64,000 nucleotides of DNA from Alphaproteobacteria bacterium (GTDB lineage Bacteria > Pseudomonadota > Alphaproteobacteria > UBA6615): positions 256,094 through 320,093 of the forward strand of contig PBWR01000006.1 of NCBI GenBank assembly GCA_002727315.1, written 5' to 3'. The position numbers and the translations under genes are program-made. Shown here one piece after another: positions 11,536 to 23,560 of the stretch. Each line of letters begins with the position of its first letter. The stretch's first letter is position 1. Under the pieces are notes generated by a model that was given only the letters and a program-made list of their open reading frames with translations, did not search any database and was not told the origin of the DNA.

Positions 11536-12807
11536 CTAGTTGGTCACCCGGACATTGTATGTCGCGATTCCCTGGAGCAAGTCGAGTGCCCTGGCCAGCT
11601 GATAATCCTGCGGCGCGGCGGTTTCGGCGTCGCCCGAAGCATTTCCGCCCTCCGACGACACGCCTTCATTGTCACGGGCGTTGCGCAAATCGCTTTCGCG
11701 CACGCCACGCGACGTGTCGGCGGTCTCGATCCTGGCCTGCTCAACCGCGATGTCAGGCACAATCCCGGTGCGCTGGATCGACCGTCCGCTGGGTGTGAAA
11801 TACGCCGCCGTGGTCAAACGCATGGCGCCATGGCCGGGGATCGGCATGACGGTCTGAACCGAGCCCTTGCCGAAGCTTTCGGTACCCATGATCACGGCCC
11901 GGGAATGGTCCTGAAACGCGCCCGCGACGATTTCCGAAGCGGATGCGGAGCCCCCGTTGATCAGTACGACCATGGGCAGGCCGTTCGCCAGATCACCCTC
12001 TGTGGCGTTGAATCGCTTGGTATCGCCGGCAGCCCGCCCGCGGGTGGAGACGATCTCACCACGGTCAAGGAAGGCATCCGACACGGACACGGCCTCGTTC
12101 AGCAATCCGCCGGGATTGCGCCGCAGGTCGAGAACCACACCGATCATCTCGTCCCCGAGTTCACGTTTCAGGTCCGCCATCGCCGCCTCCAGCCCGGAGG
12201 TCGTCTGCTCGTTGAAGGTGGTGATCCGGACATACCCGACCTTGCCCTCGGTGCGGCTGCGCACCGATTTGATGCGAACCACGTCACGGGTCACGGATAC
12301 GTTGAAGGGCTCATGGCCCTCGCGGCGGATCGTCAGCTTGATATCCGAGCCGATCCGTCCGCGCATCTTGTCGACGGCCTCGGCCAGGGTCAGGCCCAGC
12401 ACGGTATCTCCATCCAGGTGGGTGATGAAGTCTCCGGCCTCGATCCCGGCACGGGCCGCGGGTGTGTCATCGATCGGCGAGACAACCCGAACCAGGCCCT
12501 GTTCCATCGTGACCTCGATGCCCAGGCCGCCGAACTCGCCGCGGGTCTGCACCTGCATGTCTCGGAAATTGTCTTCGTTGAGATAGCTCGAATGGGGATC
12601 GAGAGACTGGAGCATGCCGTTGATGGCCGCCTCGATGAGGTCCCTGTCCCCGGTTTCGTCGACATACTGGGAGCGAACCCGCTCGAAGATATCGCCGAAG
12701 AGTTCCAGCTGCCGGAACGTTTCCTCGTCGGTGTCGGCGGCAATCGCCGTCGCTGGCGTTATGGCAAGCATCGCAGAGAACGCGACCGCAGAGATGAGTT
12801 TACGCAT
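11536..12807 (-). CDS. ctpA: carboxy-terminal processing protease (S41, PDZ domain)
   Basis: 423 aa with a signal-like N-terminus. It has a PDZ region (GGLGIEVTMEQGLVRVVSPIDDTPAARAGIEAGDFITHLDG) and an S41 core (GGSASASEI). The ATG overlaps the upstream stop as TAATG. Confidence 0.9.
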   Translation of the reverse strand: MRKLISAVAFSAMLAITPATAIAADTDEETFRQLELFGDIFERVRSQYVDETGDRDLIEAAINGMLQSLDPHSSYLNEDNFRDMQVQTRGEFGGLGIEVTMEQGLVRVVSPIDDTPAARAGIEAGDFITHLDGDTVLGLTLAEAVDKMRGRIGSDIKLTIRREGHEPFNVSVTRDVVRIKSVRSRTEGKVGYVRITTFNEQTTSGLEAAMADLKRELGDEMIGVVLDLRRNPGGLLNEAVSVSDAFLDRGEIVSTRGRAAGDTKRFNATEGDLANGLPMVVLINGGSASASEIVAGAFQDHSRAVIMGTESFGKGSVQTVMPIPGHGAMRLTTAAYFTPSGRSIQRTGIVPDIAVEQARIETADTSRGVRESDLRNARDNEGVSSEGGNASGDAETAAPQDYQLARALDLLQGIATYNVRVTN

Positions 12808-14153
12808 TAGCCTTGTGTCCTGTTCGTTTGCGCTGCCAACCAGGGCAACGGGTTGATCGGTTCTCCGTTACGGCGGAGCTCAACATAGAGCCTTGGCCCG
12901 CTCGTCCGGCTATCGGCCTTCCTGGCCTGCCCCCCGCTTGTACTGCCCCCGCTGGAATTCGGATTTCCGTCAGCGCCATCGCCAATCCGTCCGAGCGGTT
13001 CTCCCGCCAGGACCCACTGGCCAACTTGTGCGTCGATACGCCCGAGTCCGGCGATAAGTGTATGATATCCCTCGCCATGATCGATGATCAAGATTTGCCC
13101 AAATCGCCGAAACGGCCCGGCAAACGCGATACGCCCGTCCCACGGCGCCACGATTGAGGTATCCTTGCGGGTTTGCCAGGTCACGCCGCGCGATCGCGGC
13201 CCGGCTTCCGTGCGCACCCCAAAGGCCTGAATCACGCGGCCATGGGCCAGTGGCGTCAGGTTTCCGCGGGCTTGCGCGATGGACGATCCCGCCGGTGCCA
13301 GCTTCGGGGTAACGAAATTCGATGGTTCGCCGTCCGATCGCGGCCGCGGCTGTGGGATCACGCTCGCCGCGCTGTTACGCAGACGTGAAAGCAAATCCTC
13401 CAGGGATCGGGCTTCGCGGCGCAGGCTGGCGACCCGTTCCTCGGCGGCCGATTGGTCACCGCGCGTCTGGTTCAGAATCTGGTTCTTGCCTGCCGAAAGG
13501 CTCTCCAATCGCCTGCGATCGCGGGTCAGGTCGGCCGTCGCGGTCTGCAATTCGCCGCGCCGCAACTCGATGCGTTCTCGCAGCACCGCCAACTCCGCAA
13601 GGTCGTCGCGCAGGACGTGCGTCTGCTTTTCGATCTCAGGCACCGCCGTGCGCAGCAGAAGCCCGCTGCGGACCACGTCGTTCGGGTCCCCGGGGCTGAC
13701 AAGTAGCGCCGCCGGTGGGCGCAACGAAAGACGTTGCAGCGCCGCCAAGGTCCCGCCCAGCTGTGTGCGCCGGGTCTCCAGATCCGTTTCCTTCCGGCGT
13801 GCGTCGCGAGAGAGGTCCTCGAGTTCGACCTCGAGATTGTCGAGGGCGGCCTCATGGGATTGCACCGCGCGCGCCGCAGCCCGCAGTTCGGCTCGAATCC
13901 GTTCCAGTTCGCGGGACTGCGCGGCGGCTTCCTCGGCCAGTGCCTTGGCGTTCTTGTCGTCCTGCTCAAGCGCTTCGCGAACCGACTCGAGCCGGTCTTC
14001 AACCTTGTCCGGTTCCTGTGCTTGTGCGGCGGTGCCGGCCATCGAAGCAGCCGCAATGATCGTTGCTGCGAAACAGGCAGCTGCGACGGGCCCAAACCCG
14101 AGGTTTGTGCTACTTGCCGAGATAGTAGCTCTTCTGCTTTTCGCCGCCTTCAA
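12807..14153 (-). CDS. M23 peptidase / murein hydrolase activator EnvC-like (coiled coil plus LytM domain)
   Basis: 448 aa with a signal peptide and a long Glu/Arg/Leu-rich coiled coil. The C-terminal M23 domain reads IVAPWDGRIAFAGPFRRFGQILIIDHGEGYHTLIAGL. A start at 14153 overlaps the gpmA 3' end by 44 nt, so the start is uncertain. Confidence 0.83.
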   Translation of the reverse strand: MKAAKSRRATISASSTNLGFGPVAAACFAATIIAAASMAGTAAQAQEPDKVEDRLESVREALEQDDKNAKALAEEAAAQSRELERIRAELRAAARAVQSHEAALDNLEVELEDLSRDARRKETDLETRRTQLGGTLAALQRLSLRPPAALLVSPGDPNDVVRSGLLLRTAVPEIEKQTHVLRDDLAELAVLRERIELRRGELQTATADLTRDRRRLESLSAGKNQILNQTRGDQSAAEERVASLRREARSLEDLLSRLRNSAASVIPQPRPRSDGEPSNFVTPKLAPAGSSIAQARGNLTPLAHGRVIQAFGVRTEAGPRSRGVTWQTRKDTSIVAPWDGRIAFAGPFRRFGQILIIDHGEGYHTLIAGLGRIDAQVGQWVLAGEPLGRIGDGADGNPNSSGGSTSGGQARKADSRTSGPRLYVELRRNGEPINPLPWLAAQTNRTQG

Positions 14154-14751
14154 ACTCGAAGACCAGCGGCCGGCCGGTCGGAAGTTCGACGCCGGGGATC
14201 TCCTCGGCCGTGTATTCGCCCAGGATCAGGAGCAAGGCCCGCAGGCTATTGCCATGCGCCGACACGAGGACGTTTTTGCCGGCCTCCACCAATGGTGCGA
14301 TCTCGCCCTCGTAACAGGGGCGAACCCGGACAACCACATCGGCAAGGCTTTCGCCGCCCGGCGGCCGGACCTCAAACCCGCGGCGCCAGAGATGGATTTG
14401 CTCGTCACCGTACTTCTCGGCTGTCTCGGCCTTGTTGAGACCGACGAGATCGCCGTAATGGCGTTCGCGCAGATCGTCGTGCCGGGTGATCTTCCAGCCA
14501 TCGCCATCGCGCAGCGCCGAGAGGTCGGCCCCGGCCGATTCCGCGGATTCAAGAGCCATCTCGACGGTGCGCTGCGCCCGCTTCAGGGTCGAGGAGTAGA
14601 CCGCATCAATCGGGAAGTCCTTGATCAATTCACCGGCGCGGTGCGCTTCGTCTTCGCCGGCCGGCGTCAGGTCCACATCCTCCCAGCCGGTGAAGCGGTT
14701 CTCCAGATTCCACTGGCTCTGGCCGTGCCGCATGATGATGAGATAGTTCAT
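14110..14751 (-). CDS. gpmA: 2,3-bisphosphoglycerate-dependent phosphoglycerate mutase
   Basis: ORF 14110..14874 trimmed to ATG 14751. It reads MNYLIIMRHGQSQWNLENRFTGWEDVDLT, which contains the RHG catalytic motif. Confidence 0.9.
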   Translation of the reverse strand: MNYLIIMRHGQSQWNLENRFTGWEDVDLTPAGEDEAHRAGELIKDFPIDAVYSSTLKRAQRTVEMALESAESAGADLSALRDGDGWKITRHDDLRERHYGDLVGLNKAETAEKYGDEQIHLWRRGFEVRPPGGESLADVVVRVRPCYEGEIAPLVEAGKNVLVSAHGNSLRALLLILGEYTAEEIPGVELPTGRPLVFEFEGGEKQKSYYLGK

Positions 14752-14830
14752 CCGCAATCCCTTGTGTGTGTGCGGTTCGATGTACCGGAATTCAGCCTGT
14801 TTTGCCTGATTCGAATGAACTCCACCAGCG

Positions 14831-15292
14831 TCACGCGCGATGGTAAGGATGCCCGGCAAGGATTTGCTGCGCACGATAGATCTGCTCGACCAGCAAACCG
14901 CGGGTCACCAGGTGCGGCCACGTGTTGCGTCCGAAGGCCATCACATGATCGGCCCGTTTGCGCACCCCATCGCCATGGCCATCCGCACCGCCGATCAGGA
15001 ACGCCACATCGCGGCGGCCCTCATCCTGCAGCGCACCAAGTTGTTTCGCGATGCCGGTGCTGGTGGACAGTTTTCCGGTTTCATCAAGCACGAACGTGTA
15101 GGCCCCGTCCGGGACGGTCGCGAGCAGCAATTCTGCCTCGGCGGCCGCCACGCTGTCCGGCGACACGCGACGTTTCAGCTCGACTTCCTTGATCTCCAGG
15201 GGCCAGGTCGCGACGCGCTGGCGAAAATGCTCAACCAGCGTGGCCTCGGGGCCTCCGCGCATGCGGCCCACTGCACCTATGACTATACGCAA
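14831..15292 (-). CDS. rlmH: 23S rRNA (pseudouridine1915-N3)-methyltransferase
   Basis: 153 aa SPOUT fold. The C-terminus reads LIGGADGH...FGRNTWPHLVTRGLLVEQIYRAQQILAGHPYHR. Confidence 0.9.
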   Translation of the reverse strand: MRIVIGAVGRMRGGPEATLVEHFRQRVATWPLEIKEVELKRRVSPDSVAAAEAELLLATVPDGAYTFVLDETGKLSTSTGIAKQLGALQDEGRRDVAFLIGGADGHGDGVRKRADHVMAFGRNTWPHLVTRGLLVEQIYRAQQILAGHPYHRA

Positions 15293-15337
15293 TGCTGTCT
15301 CCGCATTTGGGCGGCTGGTCCGCCAATGCCTTCGGCT

Positions 15338-15760
15338 TCAGGCCGGAACCGCGGTCTGCGGATCATTCCCGACGAAGTCGGCTTCCCACAATTTCTCGAT
15401 CGCGTAGTGCTCACGCACCTCGGGCCGGAACAGGTGGACAATGACATCGCCCGCATCGAGCAGCACCCAGTCTCCCGACCGTCTGCCCTCGGCATGCGAT
15501 CCGCGAACACCGGTCGCCTTAAGGCGTTCCATCAGATGTTCGACAATGGCATCGAGCCGCCGCGAAGAGGTGCCACTGGCAACGACCATGTAGTCTGCTA
15601 TGTCCGATTTTCCCGCCAGGGGGATGACTTTGACGTTGTCGGCCTTGTCTTCGTCGAGTGAGCCTTCGACAAGTGCCAGTATGTCTTCCGCAGATGGCCG
15701 CGGAGAGGCCTTTTTCTTGCGTGCTATAGCGAAGTCCTCGTGCTCAAACTGCGCCTCCAA
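15338..15760 (-). CDS. rsfS: ribosome silencing factor RsfS (iojap family)
   Basis: 140 aa containing DKADNVKVIPLAGKSDIADYMVVASGTSSRRLDAI...GDWVLLDAGDVIVHLFRPEVREHYAIEKLW. Confidence 0.9.
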   Translation of the reverse strand: MEAQFEHEDFAIARKKKASPRPSAEDILALVEGSLDEDKADNVKVIPLAGKSDIADYMVVASGTSSRRLDAIVEHLMERLKATGVRGSHAEGRRSGDWVLLDAGDVIVHLFRPEVREHYAIEKLWEADFVGNDPQTAVPA

Positions 15761-15772
15761 ATTTGCACCGGG

Positions 15773-16387
15773 TCATGGCCGGTGCGCCTGCTCGTTCGTG
15801 TCGGCCGGCCAGACGCCCGCATGCCGTAGATCGGTCGCCGCCGCCGGATGGTGCTTGATCCGCAGGAACACCCAGGCGGGCGGCTCGGCATCGACAAGCG
15901 ACCTAGCCGCACGTTCCCGAATTCGCGCGTTGTGAAAACGATGAGACGCGAGTTCCGACAACGCCTTGGAATCATATGAATCCCGGGCGAATACGGCAAT
16001 GGGCATGGTGTGAAATATTTGTGTCCAGGCGCGCCAGCGCGGAATCTGCACTAGATTGTCAGCCCCCATGATCCACACGAACCCGGTGGCCGGATACCGC
16101 CGCCGCAGGGCCGCCAGCGTGTCCGCCGTGTAACGCGTGCCCTGCTCCGATTCGATGGTGCTAACACGTATCCGCCGGTCGTGCGCCATCGATTGCGCAC
16201 TCTCGAGGCGAGCGGCAAGCGGCGCCATTCCATCCTCTGCCTTCAACGGATTCTGGGGAGAGACCAGCCACCAGACCTCGTTCAGGCCAAGACGCTTCAT
16301 GGCCTCCAGACTGATATAGCGGTGGCCGTTATGGGCCGGGTTGAAGGACCCGCCCAGCAGCCCGATTCGGCGGCGCGCATGCCGCAT
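15773..16387 (-). CDS. nadD: nicotinate-nucleotide adenylyltransferase
   Basis: ORF 15773..16759 trimmed to ATG 16387. It reads MRHARRRIGLLGGSFNPAHNGHRYISLEAMKRLGL. The upstream part of the ORF overlaps proA and is Arg-rich noise. Confidence 0.85.
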   Translation of the reverse strand: MRHARRRIGLLGGSFNPAHNGHRYISLEAMKRLGLNEVWWLVSPQNPLKAEDGMAPLAARLESAQSMAHDRRIRVSTIESEQGTRYTADTLAALRRRYPATGFVWIMGADNLVQIPRWRAWTQIFHTMPIAVFARDSYDSKALSELASHRFHNARIRERAARSLVDAEPPAWVFLRIKHHPAAATDLRHAGVWPADTNEQAHRP

Positions 16388-16428
16388 ACCGCCGGCGCGC
16401 AAGGAGACGGTCGGTTTGTCCACGGGGC

Positions 16429-17718
16429 TCAGGGTCGGACTTGCCCGGCGCCGCGCACCACATACTTGTAGCTGGTCAGCTGTTCGGCGCCCACGGGCCC
16501 GCGCGCATGCATCTTGCCGGTCGAAATGCCGATTTCCGCCCCCATGCCGAATTCGGCGCCATCGGCGAATTGCGTCGAGGCGTTGTGCAGCACGATGCCG
16601 CTGTCGACGCGGTTCAGGAACCGGACCGCGGCCTCGTCGTCGGCGGTGACGATCGCGTCGGTATGGTTCGAACCATGGGTGTTCACATGGTCGATCGCGG
16701 CATCGACGCCTTCGACCACACGCACCGCGACAATCGCGTCCAGATACTCGGTATCCCAATCCGTATCGCTGGCCGGCACGATCCGGTCGTCGATGTTTCG
16801 CGCGGCATCGTCACCGCGAATCTCGCAACCCGCGTCGGCCAGGTCGTCCACGATCGGGCCAAGCATCTCCGCGGCCACATCGCGATCGATAAGAACGGTC
16901 TCGGTGGCACCACAAATGCCCGTCCTGCGCATCTTGGCGTTGAGGACGATCTCGCGGGCCATCTGCGGGTCCGCGGCTCCGTGAACATAGGTATGGCAGA
17001 GACCTTCAAGGTGGGCGAAGACCGGAATCCGGCTGTGGGCCTGCACGCGCTCGATCAGCGACTTGCCGCCGCGCGGCACGATGACGTCGATATACTCTGA
17101 CATCTGCAGCATGGCGCCCACCGCGGCCCGGTCGGTGGTCGGCGGTGCCTGAATCGCCGCCCGGGGCAGCCCGGCTTCATCCAGTCCGTCCTGCAGGCAG
17201 GACAGGATCACGCCCGACGATTCGAAACTCTCCGAACCGCCGCGCAGGATCGCCGCGTTGCCAGCCTTGAGACACAGGCCGCCCGCATCCGCCGTCACGT
17301 TGGGGCGGGATTCGTAGATCACACCGATCACGCCGAGCGGCACACGCACCCGCGCGATCTTCAGGCCGTTGGGTCGTTCCCATTCGTCCAGCACCGTTCC
17401 GATCGGATCGGGTAACGCCGCCACCTCTTCCTGGCCAAGCGCCATGGCTTCGACCCGGTCGTGGTTGAGGATCAGGCGGTCGAGGAAGGACCCCTTGACC
17501 CCGTTTGCCTCCGCACGTGTCACGTCCGCGGCGTTGGCCGCCAGGATCTCGTCCTTGCGTGCGCGCACAGCGGCGGCCGCCGCGTGCAATGCGGTGTTCT
17601 TTGCCTCAGCCGATGCATAGGCCAGTTCGTGCGCCGCCGCCTTGGCCGCCGCGCCGATACCCTGCATCGCCTCGCGGACATCTCCGTCCGCGGAAAGATC
17701 GTGTGCTGCCGTCATCAT
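16429..17718 (-). CDS. proA: glutamate-5-semialdehyde dehydrogenase (gamma-glutamyl phosphate reductase)
   Basis: ORF 16429..17877 trimmed to ATG 17718 (MMTAAHDL...). The remainder is typical ProA sequence ([21 protein letters not shown]...HTDAIVT...). Confidence 0.92.
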   Translation of the reverse strand: MMTAAHDLSADGDVREAMQGIGAAAKAAAHELAYASAEAKNTALHAAAAAVRARKDEILAANAADVTRAEANGVKGSFLDRLILNHDRVEAMALGQEEVAALPDPIGTVLDEWERPNGLKIARVRVPLGVIGVIYESRPNVTADAGGLCLKAGNAAILRGGSESFESSGVILSCLQDGLDEAGLPRAAIQAPPTTDRAAVGAMLQMSEYIDVIVPRGGKSLIERVQAHSRIPVFAHLEGLCHTYVHGAADPQMAREIVLNAKMRRTGICGATETVLIDRDVAAEMLGPIVDDLADAGCEIRGDDAARNIDDRIVPASDTDWDTEYLDAIVAVRVVEGVDAAIDHVNTHGSNHTDAIVTADDEAAVRFLNRVDSGIVLHNASTQFADGAEFGMGAEIGISTGKMHARGPVGAEQLTSYKYVVRGAGQVRP

Positions 17719-17776
17719 CCTGCTCCGACCGAAAATGCGGTCCGGCGGGCGAAGATAGTCAATTTGCCCCCGAAAT

Positions 17777-18682
17777 TCATCCCGTTTGCACCGTGATCCG
17801 TGTTCCGCTCGCACGCACACCCAGGTAAATCGCCGCCAGGATGAGCGCACCGCCCATAAAAGTCTCCCGTGCCACACCCTCTCCGAAGTAGAGCCAGCCC
17901 AGCGCCGTGCTCAGGATCGGCTCGGCTAGGAACAGCAACGCCAGCACCATGGGCGGGATCGCCCGCACCGTCCAGTTGAAGCCGGTGTGCCCGATGATCT
18001 GGCTCACCAGACCAAGACCGATAAACGCCAGATAGGTCTCCAGCGACAGGCCGACAAGCGGCAAGCCCAGCGCGAAAACGACTGCCCACAGCATGATCGC
18101 CGCCCCGCTATAGACCAGGGTGACGAAGACGATCAGCCCGACCGTCTGTCGCGCCGCCTCTGCCAGCAGCAGAAAGCCGACAAACAGGATTCCGCCGGCG
18201 AGCGCCAGCCCGTCCCCCATGAGCGTCTCCAGGCCGAGCCTGGCGCTGCCCGCACCCATGATGGCGCTCCCGCCGATGGCCAGTCCGATCGCGGCCCAGG
18301 TCCGCGATCCAAGCGGACTGCGCAGCGCCACCACCGACCAGACCGCCAGCCAGACGGGCGTGAGGGTGACCAGGACCACGGAGTTGGCAATCGAGGTGAA
18401 GTCCAGGGACGCGATCCACGTGGCGAAGTGCAGCGCCAGGAAGATCGCCGCACAGCCGATCAGTTTCCATTCACGGCCATTCAGGCGGCCGATCTCCGCG
18501 CGTGCGGTGAACCCGGCCACGGGAATCAGGACCATGGAGGCGATCAGCAAACGGTAGGCCGAGGTCACAAGCGGGTCGGCATCCGCCAGGCGCACGAAGA
18601 TTGCGGCATGGGCGACCGCCAGCAGCGCGGCCACCAGCACCACGGTATAGGTCGCGACACTTTCGGTGGGCCGGGCGTCCAT
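17777..18682 (-). CDS. EamA/DMT-family transporter
   Basis: 301 aa with about 10 hydrophobic segments and a two-fold EamA-like layout. Confidence 0.78.
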   Translation of the reverse strand: MDARPTESVATYTVVLVAALLAVAHAAIFVRLADADPLVTSAYRLLIASMVLIPVAGFTARAEIGRLNGREWKLIGCAAIFLALHFATWIASLDFTSIANSVVLVTLTPVWLAVWSVVALRSPLGSRTWAAIGLAIGGSAIMGAGSARLGLETLMGDGLALAGGILFVGFLLLAEAARQTVGLIVFVTLVYSGAAIMLWAVVFALGLPLVGLSLETYLAFIGLGLVSQIIGHTGFNWTVRAIPPMVLALLFLAEPILSTALGWLYFGEGVARETFMGGALILAAIYLGVRASGTRITVQTG

Positions 18683-18692
18683 GTCGGGCCAC

Positions 18693-21203
<2,511 letters not shown>

Positions 21204-21209
21204 GTCCGA

Positions 21210-21779
21210 TTACTCCTTGTCCGCGGCCGGCTTGTCGTCCGCATCCTTCTTCTTCGCTGCGGGTTTCTTCGCAGCGGGCTTTTTCGTCGACCCGGAAGCG
21301 GCCTTCTTGGCGGCCGGTTTCTTGGCCGCAGGCTTCTTCGCGGCCGGCTTCTTCGCGGTCTCGGCCTTCTTCGCAGCGGGCTTGTCCTCGGCGGCAGATT
21401 CGGCCGGTGCGTCTTCGTCCTTGGCGGCCGGCTTCTTCGCCGCCGCCTTCTTCGTGGGGGCCTTGGCCTTACCGGTCACGTCAAGCACACGCAGGACCGT
21501 CAGATCCTGACGATGGCCCTGGGTCTTGCGGTAGCCCTTTCGGCGCTTCTTCTTGAACACGACGATCTTCTTGCCGCGGGTCTGCTCGACGACCTCGGCG
21601 GTCACGGCCGCGCCCTCGACGACCGGCGTGCCGACCTGGGTCGCCTTGCCGTCGTTGAGCATCAGTACCGGCGACAGCGCAAGCTTGCTGCCAGCCTCGC
21701 CCTCGAGCTTCTCGACGGTGATCACGTCGCCGTTGGCGACCCGATACTGTTTTCCGCCGGTTTGAATGACTGCGTACAT
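21210..21779 (-). CDS. rplU: 50S ribosomal protein L21 with a long Lys/Ala/Pro-rich C-terminal extension
   Basis: ORF 21210..21833 trimmed to ATG 21779 ([14 protein letters not shown]...). A core of about 103 aa is followed by an 86-aa tail of KKPAA-type repeats. Confidence 0.9.
   Translation of the reverse strand: MYAVIQTGGKQYRVANGDVITVEKLEGEAGSKLALSPVLMLNDGKATQVGTPVVEGAAVTAEVVEQTRGKKIVVFKKKRRKGYRKTQGHRQDLTVLRVLDVTGKAKAPTKKAAAKKPAAKDEDAPAESAAEDKPAAKKAETAKKPAAKKPAAKKPAAKKAASGSTKKPAAKKPAAKKKDADDKPAADKE
21213..21470. repeat. low-complexity coding repeat (KKPAA/AAKK units) forming the L21 tail
   Basis: On the + strand there are reiterated ggcttcttcgc / ggtttcttggc units. The translation is [20 protein letters not shown]...[13 protein letters not shown]. 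Confidence 0.7.
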
Positions 21780-22072
21780 CGTCCAGTTCCGTTGTGTCGC
21801 GACATCAGCGCCGCGCGCTTGCGCGGTCTGCAAATGCCGAATGTTCCAGCAAAAACAAGGCGGACCGCGAATATTTCCGGCGGCCCGTCGAATGCGGGCG
21901 GACTATACGCCGCCAGCCGAAAGTGTCAACCGCTGTCGGCACCCGCCAATGCCGCAAGAATCGCCTTGGTACAGCGGGTTGCAGGCCCATGAGCGGGTGG
22001 GGTAGAACCCCTCCGCCCGTGCCATGCGGGCGACGTCCCCGGATATCGGGAAACGATATCGGACAACCCGGC

Positions 22073-22165
<93 letters not shown>

Positions 22166-22323
22166 TCCTGCATTTCCGGTGCTCCAACGCCCGCGCGACA
22201 GCGAATTCTCGTGACCATCGCGTTGTGTTGCGCAGAGCGGTGACTATACTCCGCGCGCGAAACCGGGGCTGCGCGGTCCCGGCCACGCAAGTCACCACGC
22301 CGCCCAACCCAGCGAGGGAAAAC

Positions 22324-23208
22324 ATGGCCCGCCCCGTTATACTCGCCTGCGCCGTCACCGGCTCGGCTGATTCCACCGGCACCAACCCCAATGTGCCCGT
22401 CACGCCCGAGGAAATCGCTAACGAGGCGATCGCCGCCAACAAGGCCGGCGCTGCCATCGCCCATATCCATGTGCGCAATCCGGACACAGGCAAGGCCAGC
22501 ACCAAGGTCGAGTACTACGAAGAGGTGGTGAACCGGATCCGCGATGCGGGCTCCCCGGTGATCATCAATCTGACCACCGGTCCGGGCGGCCGCTTCGTGC
22601 CCGACCCCGCCGACCCGATGCAGGCCGGCAAGACCAGCGCCATGATGACGGCCGTCGAACGGGTCGCCCATGTGGTCAAGATGAAACCCGACATCTGCTC
22701 GCTCGACGTCGCGTCGATGAACTTTGGCGAGTGGAACATGGTGAATTCACCCGCGATCCTGCGCGAGATGGCAAAGATGATCCAGGACGCGGGCGTCAAG
22801 CCGGAGCTCGAAGTGTTCGACACGGGCCATGTGCGCCTGGCGGCACAAATGTGCGCCGACGGCGACATCACCGACCCAAGGCCCCTGTTCCAGTTCTGCC
22901 TGGGCATCTCATGGGGCGCGCCGGCATCCAGCGATGCCATGGCGCTGATGCGTGACCTGGCACCGGACAACGCCGTATGGGCATCGTTCGGCATCTCGCG
23001 CCACGAAATGCCGATGGTCGGCACCGCGACCCTGCTGGGCGGGCATTGCCGCGTCGGCCTGGAGGACAATCTCTATATTTCCCGGGGCAAGCTCGCGTCG
23101 GGCAATGCCGAGCTGGTCGAGCATGCCGTCGGCATCATCCAGTCTCTCGGCGAGGATGTAGCGAGCGTCGATCAGGCGTGTGAGATTCTGGCCCTCCGCG
23201 GCAAGTAG
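22324..23208 (+). CDS. beta-keto acid cleavage enzyme family (3-keto-5-aminohexanoate cleavage enzyme-like, DUF849)
   Basis: ORF 22024..23208 trimmed to ATG 22324, because the upstream part runs through the tRNA gene. It reads MARPVILACAVTGSADSTGTNPNVPVTPEEIANEAIAANKAGAAIAHIHVRNPDTG, a typical BKACE N-terminus. Confidence 0.85.
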   Translation: MARPVILACAVTGSADSTGTNPNVPVTPEEIANEAIAANKAGAAIAHIHVRNPDTGKASTKVEYYEEVVNRIRDAGSPVIINLTTGPGGRFVPDPADPMQAGKTSAMMTAVERVAHVVKMKPDICSLDVASMNFGEWNMVNSPAILREMAKMIQDAGVKPELEVFDTGHVRLAAQMCADGDITDPRPLFQFCLGISWGAPASSDAMALMRDLAPDNAVWASFGISRHEMPMVGTATLLGGHCRVGLEDNLYISRGKLASGNAELVEHAVGIIQSLGEDVASVDQACEILALRGK

Positions 23209-23560
23209 GCCGCGAGCCAGACAACCAGACAGGGTTCCCCAGGATGGCGAACGACACCATGGCACCGGCGAGCACCGGCATCATCGTCGACGGGTTTGCC
23301 TCACCGGACTATCTGCTCGAGATCGAAGCGACGGCCGCCCTGAACTGACGGGTCACACGGACCAAGATAGCCGGCGCGGCGCCGGCAGCATCTGAATCGG
23401 CCGCGAATTCGGGGCAAATCTGTCCACGCGCAATTTCAACGGGCTGAAACATATATTAAAACAATTGGTTATAAGCCCCGCTCTTTCTCCTCCATTGGCG
23501 CTTTATTACCGCAGTGTCTAAACTTGTCAGCGGTCCGAACAGGAATGTTGATGGGAGAGG

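Noticed and set aside
14110-14153. A 44-nt overlap between the gpmA 3' end and the M23 peptidase 5' end.
   Set aside because: It most likely reflects uncertainty in the peptidase start codon, since the signal peptide tolerates few alternatives and none is clearly better. It is probably not a functional overlap.
13279-15192. A 637-aa plus-strand ORF spanning three genes.
   Set aside because: It is antisense to the M23 peptidase, gpmA and rlmH. It is extremely Ser/Arg/Ala-rich low-complexity sequence, so it is a shadow ORF.
22041-22066. Two GATATC-containing units (ccggatatcggg aaa cgatatcgg) just upstream of tRNA-Ser.
   Set aside because: It is a short, imperfect hairpin or direct repeat. 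It could be part of the tRNA promoter or leader, but nothing distinguishes it from chance.
23244-23348. A 34-codon ORF (MANDTMAPASTGIIVDGFASPDYLLEIEATAALN) in the 350-bp gap after the BKACE gene.
   Set aside because: It is too short, has a weak RBS and carries no motif I can place. It could be a remnant of a lost gene, but I cannot support that from the sequence alone.
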